A DNA stretch of 41,216 nucleotides from Paraspadella gotoi (lineage: Eukaryota > Animalia > Chaetognatha): NCBI GenBank assembly GCA_051294375.1, contig JBJCIZ010000026.1:1-41216 (forward strand), read 5' to 3'. This document shows positions 11,966 through 23,499 of this stretch, one piece after another (positions within the stretch are counted from its first letter, which is position 1; every line of letters starts with the position of its first letter). The position numbers were made by a program, and so were the translations under genes. Under the pieces are notes generated by a model. It had not been told where the DNA came from, ran no database searches, and was given only the letters and a program-made list of their open reading frames with translations.

Positions 11966-13073
11966 TTTGTTTAACCCTGTCTCGTCAAAACAGCTAGTCA
12001 GAGCTCCGTCTCTACCTGCCTCGACTACTTTTGGGTACCGGAGCGTTTCGCCTGCGCTGTTCCGATTGCTTCTCTCTCCCACGCGTCAGTCTTCCTCGTC
12101 TTCTCTCTCGTGCTCTCCTGGGGATTTTCATACTCTCCGTCGCTCGTCACAATCCTGCGCGATCTCTGCGTCCCTCCTCTCGTTCTCGCAATTTTGGTCG
12201 CCCTTGTCGCGTGATCTCTCCTCTCTCTCTCTCCTCTTCTCTCCTCCTCTGCTGCGTCTCCCCTTCTCTCTCTCTATACTCTTCNNNNNNNNNNNNNNNN
12301 NNNNNNNNNTCTCTCTTCTCGAATTGATTAAAATGCGACTCATTCGTTTCCCGACCAGAAATTCCGATGAAAACGAAACGAAATTTCAGGTGAATATTCG
12401 ATTACGAAAAAAAGGTATTAAAATAAAAAAAATATATGAATAAATGAATATATATATATATTTATATATATTTATATATATATAAACCCAACGTGCAGCC
12501 AAAGAAAAAATTTCATGAAAATAATTACGATACAAAAATCAAAATAAAGCAATAAAACAGAAACCAGAAAAAAGGAACAAAGTTAAAAAAAATGTGATTA
12601 AAGAAAATCAAAGAGAAAAAAGTAATTAAGTCTAAAAGGAAAAGAACGAAACAGAGAGAAAAAAAACATCTAGTTAATAGGAAAAAGATAAAAACAAAAA
12701 CGAAACAGAGAGAAAAAACCAAATGAAAAAAAAAAGAAGAGAAATCGAAAGAAAAAAAAGGAAAGAAATAAAATAAATAAATAAAAAGGGATAAGACGTC
12801 ATCGCCTCCTCTACTGGCAAATGCCAGTTGCCGCCTCTACTGGCAAATGTCAGTTGCCATCATCCGTGACTCGATCGTGGCTAATTGGGTCACATAACTT
12901 GTTCACCACCATGATCCACCAACCACAACTCAAGGCAACCACAACCCACTAACCCCACCATCAAAATCATCCTCATCATCATCATCATCATCATCATCAT
13001 CGTCATCAACAACAACAACAACATCATCCTTATTTTAATTATCATCATCGTCATGGTCGTTGTCGTGGTCCTA

Positions 13074-13108
<35 letters not shown>

Positions 13109-13392
13109 GTTCCGACATAAATTTCGTGTCCTCATTAAAACAGAAGTGAAGAGAGAATATCTTGACGATTATTTGACTGGAAATGAAGAGGAGAGAGAGA
13201 GAGAGAGAGAGAGCTAGCTTTTTGTTCTTTCACTGATTTACTCTGTCCGTTCGTACGTCCGTACGTCTCTACATTTTATTCCCTAGCTTCTCTCCTTTTA
13301 TTTTTTAAATTTCTTCTTTTAAAAAATTATTTTAAAATTTCCTCTTTTAATTTAAAAAATGAAACAAAGAAAAGGAGAAAAAAAAAGAAAAA

Positions 13393-13661
13393 NNNNNNNN
13401 NNNNNNNNNNNNNNNNNNNNNNNNNNNNNNNNNNNNNNNNNNNNNNNNNNNNNNNNNNNNNNNNNNNNNNNNNNNNNNNNNNNNNNNNNNNNNNNNNNNN
13501 NNNNNNNNNNNNNNNNNNNNNNNNNNNNNNNNNNNNNNNNNNNNNNNNNNNNNNNNNNNNNNNNNNNNNNNNNNNNNNNNNNNNNNNNNNNNNNNNNNNN
13601 NNNNNNNNNNNNNNNNNNNNNNNNNNNNNNNNNNNNNNNNNNNNNNNNNNNNNNNNNNNNN
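13393..13661. other. Assembly gap (269 N)
   Basis: N run; the equivalent sequence is at ~15457-15731. Confidence 1.
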
Positions 13662-14169
13662 ATTGAACGAGTCCTGGGCTTGAGGGTTTTTCACGCTTCC
13701 AAGGCGGTTCACGGCCGTTCACACGGTACCCCTGGGATCGATCATGTAACCTAATGATTATGAGCTGACGGAACTACTAAAGGAGCCACTGGGTCACAAC
13801 TGAATGTAGCTACGAAGGAAATAGGCGTCGTTTATTACTATTATAAGAGTTTTATTTACACAAACAAACGAGTAGATAATAAGGGAGATTATGATGATTA
13901 AAACGATGGTTTAAAATACAAAGTAAATAGTTCTTGAACTTGGGAATTAGTTTTCTTGAGGGTAAGTTGAAGACTGCCCCGTTTCTTCTCTCATCTCTCT
14001 CCCGTCGATTCCGTGAGGGAACCCACCTCTCTACCTCTCTGATTGGTCGAGAGAGAAGAAAAGGCAGAAAAGCCAAACGAGACTTGAGAGACAAGCTACA
14101 CGATCAATCCGTTTCCTGCGATTGTAGAATGCTTATAGGCGGGGTGAACTAATAGCGATGCCCGACTAC
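13662..14169 (-). mobile_element. tRNA-Met-derived SINE-like element interrupted by a ~313-bp insert
   Basis: Minus strand GTGGCTCCTTTAGTAG..CGTCAGCTCATAATCATTAGG..GATCGATCCC resembles elongator tRNA-Met (CGTCAGTCTCATAATCTGAAGG..TTCGATCC). Body and 5' leader are shared with 29990-30271. Confidence 0.7.
13810..14122. mobile_element. Small insertion (solo-LTR- or MITE-like) inside the SINE; duplicate at 15882-16206
   Basis: Absent from the 26.7/30 kb SINE copies. Flanked by TGTAG direct repeats (13805-13809, 14123-14127). Also has a TGTAGC..GCTACA inverted pair (13805/14095). Confidence 0.55.
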
Positions 14170-14289
14170 ATTATTTTTATTATTATCATGATTTCGTTTT
14201 CCTGTAAAGTAACTAAACTCAACATATTGGCAGAATTTTAAAAAACACTGATTTTGACAAAGAATGGTGATACAATCTAATACTAAAGA

Positions 14290-14610
14290 GATAAATAAAT
14301 GGTGACAAACGAGACAAAAACGATGACAAAGGAGAAAGACTAATAAAAAAATATTAAAATGATGACAAATGAGAAATACTCATAAACTAGCATAAAGGAG
14401 AAAGAAAAATAAATGAAGACCAAAGAAAAAGAAGAAATAGGAGAAAGACAAAAGATGACAAACAAAAAAGACAAATAAAGGATGGCAAAGGAGAAAGACA
14501 TATAAATGATGACATAAGAGTAAGAAACAATGACAAAAAAGAAGGACAAACAAACGATGACAAAGAGAAAGACAAACGATGACAAAGGAAAGAAAAAAAG
14601 AACGAAACAT
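14290..14610. repeat. Degenerate ATGACAAAGGAGAAAGAC minisatellite (duplicate 16390-16710)
   Basis: Recurring ATGACAAA motif. Confidence 0.75.
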
Positions 14611-14663
14611 AAACGATCTACCTTTTTTCGGAGTCAAGATTCGTTGATGACCTTTTGGTGTCA

Positions 14664-14695
<32 letters not shown>

Positions 14696-15120
14696 GATGA
14701 CGATGATAATGACGATGATAATGATGATGATGATAAGAGAGAGAATGAAACAAATGAAAAAAAAGAAGAGAAATTCGAAAGAAAAAAAAAGGAAAGAAAA
14801 TAAATAAATAAATAAAAAGGGATAAGACGTCCATCGCCTCCCTCTAGCTGGTAAATACCAGTTGCCCGCCTCGTACTTGGCAAATGTCAGTTGCCATCAT
14901 CCGTGACTCGATCGTGCTAAATTGGGGTCACATATTGTTTCACGTCACCATGACCACCAAGCCACAACTCAAGGGCAACCACACCCACTAACCCTGACGC
15001 ATCAAATCATCCTCATTCATCATCATCTCATCATCATCATCATCGGTCATCACACAACAACAACAACATATCCTTATTTTAATTAAATCATCATCGTCAT
15101 GGTCGTTGTCGTGCGTCCTA

Positions 15121-15151
<31 letters not shown>

Positions 15152-15648
15152 GCGTCGCGTTTCCGACATAAATTCAGGTTGTCCTCATTAAAACAGAAGT
15201 TGAAGAAGAGAATAATTCTTGACGATTATTTGACTTGGAAATGAAGAGGAGAGAGAGAGAGAAGAGAGAGAGCTAGCTTTTTGTTTTCTTTCACTGATTA
15301 CTCTGTCCGTTGTAACGTCCGTACGTCTCTACATTTTATTCGCCTAGCTCTCGTCCTTATTTATTTTTTAAATTTCTTCTTTAAAAAATTATTTTAAAAT
15401 TTCCTCTTTTAAATTTAAAAAATTGAAACAAAGAAAAAGGAGAAAAAAAAAGAAAAACGAACGGAATTTCGAAAAAGCTCTGACAACAAAAAAAAAAAAA
15501 AAAAACGAAAACAGAAAGAAAAAAAAATGATAAAAAAAAATAGAAATTAAAATCTGATGGAAAAAAGAAAGGGGAAAAAAAGGAAAGTGAATTGTTTTTT
15601 TTTTTTTGTGGATGGAAGAAAAAGAATAATTACGGCACAATTAGCAGT

Positions 15649-15649
15649 A

Positions 15650-15703
<54 letters not shown>

Positions 15704-16255
15704 GATTATTGATAAAGAGTGAAGTGCAGCCATTGAAACGAGTCCTGGGGCTTGAGGTTTTTCAGCTTCCAAGGCGGTTCACGGCCGTTCACACGGTACC
15801 CCTGGGATCGGATCATGTAACCTAATGATTATGAGCTGACGGAATTACTAAAGGAGCCACTGGGTCACAACCTGAATGTAGCTTACGAGGAAATAGGGCG
15901 TCGTTTATTACTATTATTAAGAGTTTTATTTAGCACAAACAAACCGAGTAGATTAATAAGGGAGATTATGATGATTAAACCGATGGGTTTTAAAATAACA
16001 AAGTAATAGTTCTTGAACTTGGGAAATAGTTTTTCTTGAGGGTAAGTTGAAGACTGGCCCCGTTTCTTCTCTCATCTCCTCCCGTCGATTCCGTGAGGAA
16101 ACCCACCTCTCTACCTCTCTGATTGGTCGAGAAGAGAAGAAAAGGCAGAAAGCCCAAACGAGACTTTGAGAGAACAAGCTACAGCGATCAATCCGTTTCC
16201 TGCGATTGTAGAATGCTTATAGGCGGGGTGAACTAATAAAGCGATTGCCGACTAC
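15649..16255 (-). mobile_element. Duplicate of the tRNA-Met SINE-like element showing its (TAA)n 3' tail
   Basis: Same as 13662-14169, with (ATT)n at 15649-15710 at the minus-strand 3' end. Confidence 0.7.
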
Positions 16256-16918
16256 ATTATTTTTTTATTATTATCATGATTTCGTTTTCCTGTAAGACTA
16301 GAGCTCACGTTTTCAAACTATTGCAGAATTTTAAAAAACACTGATTTTGACAAAGAATGGTGATACAATCTAATACTAAAAGAGATAAATAAATGGTGAC
16401 AGTTAAACGAGACAAAACGATGACAAAGGAGAAAGACTATAAAAAATAATTAAAATGATTGACAAAAATGAGAAATACTCATAAAACTAGGCATAAAGGA
16501 GAAAGAAAAATAATGAAGACCAAAGAAAAGAAGAAATAGGGAAGACAAAAGATGACAAACAAAAAAGACAAAATAAGGATGGCAAGGAGAAAGACATATA
16601 AATGATGACATAAGGTAAGGAAACATGACAAAAAAAGAAGGACAAACAACAAACGATGACAAAGAGAAAGACAAAACGATTGACAAGGAAAGAAAAAAAG
16701 AACGAAACATAAACGATCTACCTTTTTTTCGGAGTCAAGATTCGTTGATGACGGATTTTGGTGTCAATGATGATGATGATGACGATAATGATGAATGATG
16801 ATTGACGATGATAAATGACGATGATTAATGATGATGATGATGATGAGATGCGGATGATGGTGTTTAATCGTGAAGAGGAATGAGTTGGGTGGAAGAGAGA
16901 GAGAGAGAGAGAGAGGAG

Positions 16919-16953
<35 letters not shown>

Positions 16954-17132
16954 AAGAGAGAAGAGAGAGAGAATTGGAGACTGTTCGGTTAGCGGATGCA
17001 TTTTTTCGTTTTTTTTCGCATTTCAATAAAAGTCGATGTACCAAGAACCTCATTTGGGGCTTTCTCTCTGCTCTTTTTCTGAAATACACACTTTCTCTCT
17101 CTCTCTCTCTCTCATCTCTCACCCCCCCCCCC

Positions 17133-17186
<54 letters not shown>

Positions 17187-17448
17187 NNNNNNNNNNNNNN
17201 NNNNNNNNNNNTCTCTCTTTCCAGATTCTATGGATAAGAAGAGGAATATTAACGAGAAGGAAAAGAAAATTGTTTATTCAAATAAGTTGTTTTGCTAAGA
17301 AATATTTAAAATGACAAAAAAATTGATTCGAGACAATATTTGAGTTTACATAATTAGATTGAAAAATTAATAAACAAGAACGGAAATTCCAATGTTTGGC
17401 GCCGTAGTGACTTTATTTTCACTTTGTTTGTGTTCGAATTGTGTTCGA

Positions 17449-17592
17449 ATTGAATTCGATTTGCATGTTCGTGAGAGCCTGGAGATTCGTCGTCAAGGGA
17501 CAGAACCGGGAAAAGGCCTCAACGATGACCTCTCTAAATATGTAAAAACACACGCATGGAATCCTCTTCTACAAAAACTAAAAGACTATTGA
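17449..17592 (+). pseudogene. C-terminal remnant of a Penelope-like retroelement GIY-YIG endonuclease
   Basis: Translation VRESLEIRRQGTEPGKGLNDDLSKYVKTHAWNPLLQKLK fits the PLE C-terminal pattern RExLEI..LNxD....W.P.L, recognised by eye. Confidence 0.6.
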
Positions 17593-17955
17593 AGATGGGG
17601 GGGGTTCTTTCTCTTTCTTTCTCTTGAGCTTTTGTCCTTAACTTTGACCTCATGTTTCTTTTAACCAAAATATATATTTTTTTAAACTTTTTTGTGACTG
17701 TTTTTCTTGCATTTACTTCGCAAATGAACTATGATTAAGCAATGTTAACCGAAATATATTGTTCAAATAAAAATAATATGCGTTTTTCTCATAAAACGAT
17801 GTTAATCACCAACACTTTGTTTGTGTAATTATCGTGTCTATGTATTGAGTGTGTATTTATGTCTTTTAGATTTAAGTTCTTTTTCTGTCTTAACAAATGA
17901 GCAACCAACTATAGGCAAATATACTATACAATACAATACAATGCAATATTCAAAC

Positions 17956-17996
<41 letters not shown>

Positions 17997-18112
17997 AACG
18001 AGAATTCGATAGAAAAAACATTTGCTTTTTCGGATTGCAACTCAACTTGGCCGCTCAACGCTATAAGACCGATATACTTGAAATTGCAGGGAAAACGAGT
18101 TAAATATTTTAA

Positions 18113-18171
<59 letters not shown>

Positions 18172-18194
18172 GATGGAATGAGCAGAAATGGGAA

Positions 18195-18545
18195 ATAGAT
18201 GAGGAGAACGGGGAGGAGAACGACAAGGAAAATGGAGGAGAATGTGGAGGAAAAGGAGGAGAATGAAGTAAAAAATGAGTAGAACGTGGAAGAAAGGGGC
18301 GAAAAAGAAGGAGAATGAAACAAAAAGGGAGGAGAACGTGGAAGATAGAGGAGAAAAAGAAGGAGTACGTGGAAGAAAAAGGAGAAAAGATAGGAGAATG
18401 AAGCAAAAAAGAAGGAGAACGTGGAAGAAAGAGAAAAAAATGAAGGAAAATATTAGCGAAAAGGGAGGAGAACGTGGAAGAAAGAGGAGAAAAAGAAGGA
18501 GAACGTGGAAGAATGAGGCGAAAAAGGAGAATGGTGAGGAAAACG
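18195..18545. repeat. Purine-rich minisatellite with recurring GGAGAACGTGGAAG / GGAGAATGAAG
   Basis: GAACGTGGAAG-type motif recurs about six times. Confidence 0.8.
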
Positions 18546-19067
18546 ATTTTTTTTGTTTTGAAACGAGAAATAGAATCGTTTCGTCTCGACGGAAGGTGAG
18601 AGAAGGAAAATGGAATCGGAATGAAATGAGAGAGAGAGAGAGACAAAGAGAGAGAGAGAGAGAGAAAGAAAAGAGAAGGGATACAAAGATAAAAATAGTA
18701 TTTCTATTAATTACGAGCAAAATGCCTAATCTGATTTTCTTTAAATGAATTATAAAAATAGTTAATTACAGAGAAAAAACTTTGTTGATTAAAAAAAATT
18801 CAAAGTCTCAACATTTTCTCACGACTTTTTAATTTATTTTTTTTTCTTTCTAAAGTATCTCTCATGTAATTTTCTCTTCCCATTTTAATACTCACTGCTC
18901 TTGCTCTCTGTCTCTCCCTCTCTCTCTGTCTGTCTCTCTCTCTCCCTGTCTGTCTGTCTCTCTCTTTCTCTTTCCGAAAAATAAAAATGGAAGGCGAACT
19001 CAACTTTGACTCAACGCCAAAGGAAACTTCGACTTCAGCATCATTCCTTTGCTCCTTTACCCTTTCC

Positions 19068-19072
19068 CTTTT

Positions 19073-19164
<92 letters not shown>

Positions 19165-19167
19165 TCA
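19068..19167. repeat. (TTTC)n microsatellite
   Basis: Directly visible. Confidence 0.95.
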
Positions 19168-19329
19168 TTTTTTCCTCTATTTTCATTTTATTTCTTCTTT
19201 TAATCTTAATAATTAAAATTAAAATTTACTATGAACAGGATTTATTAGTTATAAACATTTGCATTAGGATCTGTAAACAATGACATACATTTTATTCCCA
19301 GTTCTGCAGTTGACGGCGAAAGAGAGAGA

Positions 19330-19432
<103 letters not shown>

Positions 19433-19949
19433 CTTGTTCGCAAGTTTTTGGAGCAGAGAAAACGTGCTCGCTGTTGGAAAAGTAAATTCACAACTTGAAA
19501 ACCTCACAGCTTCTTTTTCATCTCACGCGGGTTTTTCACTGCCACTCAGTGAAACTCAATAAAAGAATTTATTGGCGACAAGAGCGAGAAAAAAAAAGTT
19601 CAATAAAACTGAATCGAAAAGAAAGAAAAAAAAACCAGAGAGAGAATTCAATAAAATTCTCGAAGAAAAAAAGAAGAAAAAAGTATCTGCCTCTGATGCA
19701 GTCGCGGTTTAATAAAGATTAAGCAGTAATAAAAATATTTTTTTTATACAAGATATTTTTAATCACCGCTGATGTCCGTAGATATTAGATACAAATCGAT
19801 GTAATTTTAATTAAAAAGTCAAGTTCGTTACAAAAAAATGTTTTATCAGATGAATCTTTAATCAGCAGGAGGCGAGGAGGATGAGAATGAAGAAAAAATT
19901 ATTCATGAAGGATAATTTAAAGGTATAAACTGAAATATTGAAGAGATAA

Positions 19950-20140
19950 TAATTATTGATAAGTGTTAATGACAGAACCGTTCAATGTAAGCAGTCCCTG
20001 AGCTTCGGATCAGGCTGTAACACCATGTCACAGGCGGGTTAAGCGCCCCGTCCCTCTTAACTGCCAGAAGACCACAGGGCTAGAACTCCGGACCTTTGGG
20101 TTAGGAGGCTAATGACTTGCCTCCGGCACCAATGGCCGCT
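19950..20140 (-). mobile_element. tRNA-Arg(CCT)-derived SINE-like element
   Basis: Minus strand CATTAGCCTCCTAACCCAAAGGTCCGGAGTTCTAGCCC resembles the tRNA-Arg(CCT) anticodon arm (CATTGGCCTCCTAAGCCAG) plus a degenerate B box. Body resembles the Met-headed family. Confidence 0.55.
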
Positions 20141-20204
20141 GATGAACGGTTGGTGGATTTTAGTCCACCATAATATTCATTTATAAATAAACTTAATACG
20201 AAAA

Positions 20205-20301
20205 TAATATATATAATATATATAATATATATATATATAATATATATATATATATATAATATATATATAATATATATAATATATATATATAATATATATA
20301 A
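20205..20301. repeat. (TA)n/ATATATATA compound microsatellite
   Basis: Directly visible. Confidence 0.95.
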
Positions 20302-20430
20302 TTCATTGATAGGGAAGCCAGGAACTCTGGGAGTAAATAAACGAGACTGTGAGAGAGTCTTGATTAAAAGCTTGCAGGGACCTGCTATGTCATTATCTTG
20401 TAAGAGTGATGGAGGCCTTAAACCACCAAA

Positions 20431-20500
20431 GCCTGTCCAAAGTCAGGGGCAAGATAGCTTATTTATTAAATGAATGGATAATTTTTATATTGGTTGTACC
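20431..20500 (+). repeat. Dispersed repeat fragment that is the empty target site of the 22244 MITE
   Basis: GCCTGTCCAAAGTCAGGGGCAAGATAGCTTATT-TA-TTAAATGAATGGATAATTTTTA matches the joined flanks 22209-22243 + 23209-23240. Confidence 0.9.
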
Positions 20501-20874
20501 AATTTCATAAAAGAATATTAAAAGCTTTTATAAAAGAAAGGTAAATTAAAGAAAAAGAAGCTCGGCCATAATATATAAAACAGACCGACCGACCGATAGA
20601 TTGTCATTATTGAGTCGCCCCCAGATTTCGCGACACGAGTTGACGACCGGAAACTCCCTCTGTTGTGACGGCCGCTCAGATATCGATGCAAAAAAAAAAA
20701 GCGACAGGAAACCAACTAATGGAAAAAAAAAAAGAAAATGAGACAAAAATGTTAAAAAAATATTTAAAAGTAATGAAAATTATTTTAATATTTAACGGGA
20801 GAAAAATACATACATGGAATATTAAGGAAAAGAACATCAAAAGAAAGAAAAGAATTATCGGACACCGTGACTAA

Positions 20875-21232
20875 AACTGGAAGAAAAAACAAAACAAAAC
20901 AACATAATTAAACAAAATAAAATAAAATAATTCATAACAAAAAACACCAAAAAAAAACAACAAATTAAAATACCAAGCAAACGACAAAACCAAAGACAAA
21001 ACAAAAGACAAAACAAAACGCTAAACATAACACAAATGAAAAGATAAAAAAAAACAAAACTACCCAAAACCAAAGACAAAAAAAAACACAAACTAAACAA
21101 AAAACCAAGTACAAAACTAAACACAAAAAATACACAAAACTAAGCACAAAACAGAACTCAAAATACAACACAAAATAAAACCCAATACAAAACATAAAAG
21201 AAAATACACAACTAAACACAAACAAAACAAAA
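20875..21232. repeat. A/C-rich (AAAAC)-like low-complexity tract
   Basis: Directly visible. Confidence 0.9.
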
Positions 21233-21268
21233 CGACGCGTGGGTGGGCGGCATTTCAGGCCAGAGAGA

Positions 21269-21319
<51 letters not shown>

Positions 21320-21495
21320 CTAAGGGAAAAAAAACGTTCGATTTAAAAAAATTAACTTCATTACTCAAAAAAGAAGTTAATTATGTTTTATTTTTCTTCG
21401 TCGCGTAGAAATAAAATGAAATAAATACGAACTTAGCTTAATGAACAAAGAAAAATATACATTCGGTGCCAAATACGAATAAGAAATAGAATAAA

Positions 21496-21541
<46 letters not shown>

Positions 21542-21769
21542 CTTCATACAGAAAACTGACCCTCGATTAAAAATTAATTTGTAAAAACCGTAGTTGATGT
21601 TCGAAAACTCCGAACATACATGTACTTATTATGTAAGTATAACGTATAAAGTTCAAAATGAATGAAAAGTTTTTAACGAACCTTCAAAGTCATTCGACCG
21701 GAAACCGATTTCGAGAGACGAGGGAAAAAAATTCCATTAATGGCTCGGAAATTGATATTCGTTTTTCCC

Positions 21770-21860
<91 letters not shown>

Positions 21861-21942
21861 AAGTTAAGGTAGAGAAGGGCCATAAATAAATCGAATCTTC
21901 TCTTCAGCTCTTATCTCTTTCCCTTCCTCTCTCTCCTCCTTT

Positions 21943-21994
<52 letters not shown>

Positions 21995-22640
21995 GTCTCT
22001 TCTTCCTCTCTCTCCTCTCTTCTCTCTCTCTCTCTTCCTCCGCCTCTCTCTCTCCCCTCTCTCAGCTATCCGCCCCCCCTTCACCTGTGGCGAACATTCT
22101 CGGAAATAGATGTCGCTTTCCATTCCAGAATTTTCCGCTTCTTATCTCGTCCGATCAGCAATCAAGTTGTTGTTGTTGTTGTTGTTCTTACAGTTGCTGT
22201 CGTTTTTAGCCTGTACAAAGTCAGGGGCAAGATAGCTTATTTACAGTATGATTTTTCTCATTTGTAACATTTCCTGTCGCGATATCTCAGAGTCCCTTCA
22301 CCCTTGATACTTAAATTATGACTTATTTTATAGCCCGCCTTCTGGCATTTTCAGATCGATCAATTTTTACATAAGTCTTTAGTATTAACTTCTAGGCCCC
22401 AATGAACACATCATATTTGTCAATCAACTTTCGATTTTTTTACCTTTTAATGTTTCACGTAGTCACAACCAATCAAAAATTAGTTAAATTTAAAAGGTAT
22501 AGTATGCAAAATGTAGCATTTGGCCTGCTCTTCAATGTGATTTCATATTCGCTTAATGCTTCAGAGATGATTGAGATTGAGATGAGTTTTTTATGAAATG
22601 TCATCTGATTTTATAATTTTTTTTTATTTAAAATATTTAT

Positions 22641-23045
22641 AGTTAACATTGAAGATGGCATCGGAATCAAAGAGAAAATATTAGAATCAAATCGGAATCG
22701 AATCAGAACCAAACCGGATCGGCGACTCGGATGAAATCAACCGAGGACTCTCTGATTGGATGAATCACCACCGAGAATCAACCAATGAGAAGATGGGCTT
22801 CATGCCATCGGGAAGAGAGCCCATGTCGTTGATCCGTTCACTCTGTATAAATACCGAGCATTTTCTGTATTGTGTTAAACTGTCTCACGCCGCTCTTTGC
22901 TTGTGACTTTTCTGAGAATAAAATCCACTTTTGTTTCATGTTGAAATCTCTGTCTACTTACTTAAATGTGGTGGCAGTGGTGGGATTCGAACCCACGCCC
23001 CCAGAGAGACTAATGAAATCTCTGTCTACTTACTTAAATGTTAAT
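22641..23045 (+). mobile_element. LTR-like sequence (Ty3/Gypsy-type) with tRNA-Leu PBS, nested in the MITE
   Basis: CCAAT 22782, TATAAATA 22846-53, AATAAA 22917-22, PBS-like TGGTGGCAGTGGTGGGAT 22969-86, inverted ends TTAACATTGAAG / CTTAAATGTTAA. Confidence 0.7.
22969..23011 (-). pseudogene. 3' half of mature tRNA-Leu including CCA (reverse-transcribed fragment)
   Basis: Minus strand AGTCTCTCTGGGGGCGTGGGTTCGAATCCCACCACTGCCA-CCA: long variable arm, T arm with perfect GGTTCGAATCC, acceptor strand, discriminator A, CCA. The 5' half is absent. Confidence 0.88.
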
Positions 23046-23499
23046 ATGAAATGCAAAAAAAATTATTTAATGGGTGACATAAAATATTCTCTTTTTACAA
23101 AATGCCAAACCGTAACCTTCAAAACCGACTATCATGAATCTTTTTAAATTTTACGGTTGTATAGATATACTGTCACGTAATGTTACAAACGAGAAAAATC
23201 ATACTGTACTAAATGAATGGATAATTTTTACATTAGTTGTATTAATCTTATAGTTTTAGTTGTAATTTTCTGTGATGGAAGTTTGAAAATATATATTCTG
23301 GCTTAAATAGAAATATCCACCGCATCGACAAAGAAGACGACGACGACAACGACGATGACGATGACAAAGACGACGACCACGATTACAAAAAGGGGACGAT
23401 GCCAAGGATGAGCCATGCCGCAGCATGGTCCACCATGTCTATAACATTCCAGACAAAAGCAACAACTGATTTTGGCATTTAGTTTGAATGTCTCGAATG

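Larger units (their letters stand above)
12716..16845 (+). repeat. ~2.03-kb tandem duplication (copy 1 ~12716-14733, copy 2 ~14748-16845)
   Basis: End-to-end colinear; copy 2 differs mainly by 1-bp indels. Probably an assembly artefact. Confidence 0.92.
22244..23206. mobile_element. Tc1/mariner(pogo)-type non-autonomous DNA transposon (MITE)
   Basis: 28-bp TIRs CAGTATGATTTTTCTCRTTTGTAACATT (22244-22271, 23179-23206; one mismatch). TA TSD (22242-43, 23207-08). Empty site at 20464-65. Confidence 0.93.

Noticed and set aside
22969-23011. Functional tRNA-Leu gene or phage att site
   Set aside because: The D arm and anticodon are missing, there is no integrase or second att copy, and the CCA plus adjacent LTR point to reverse transcription.
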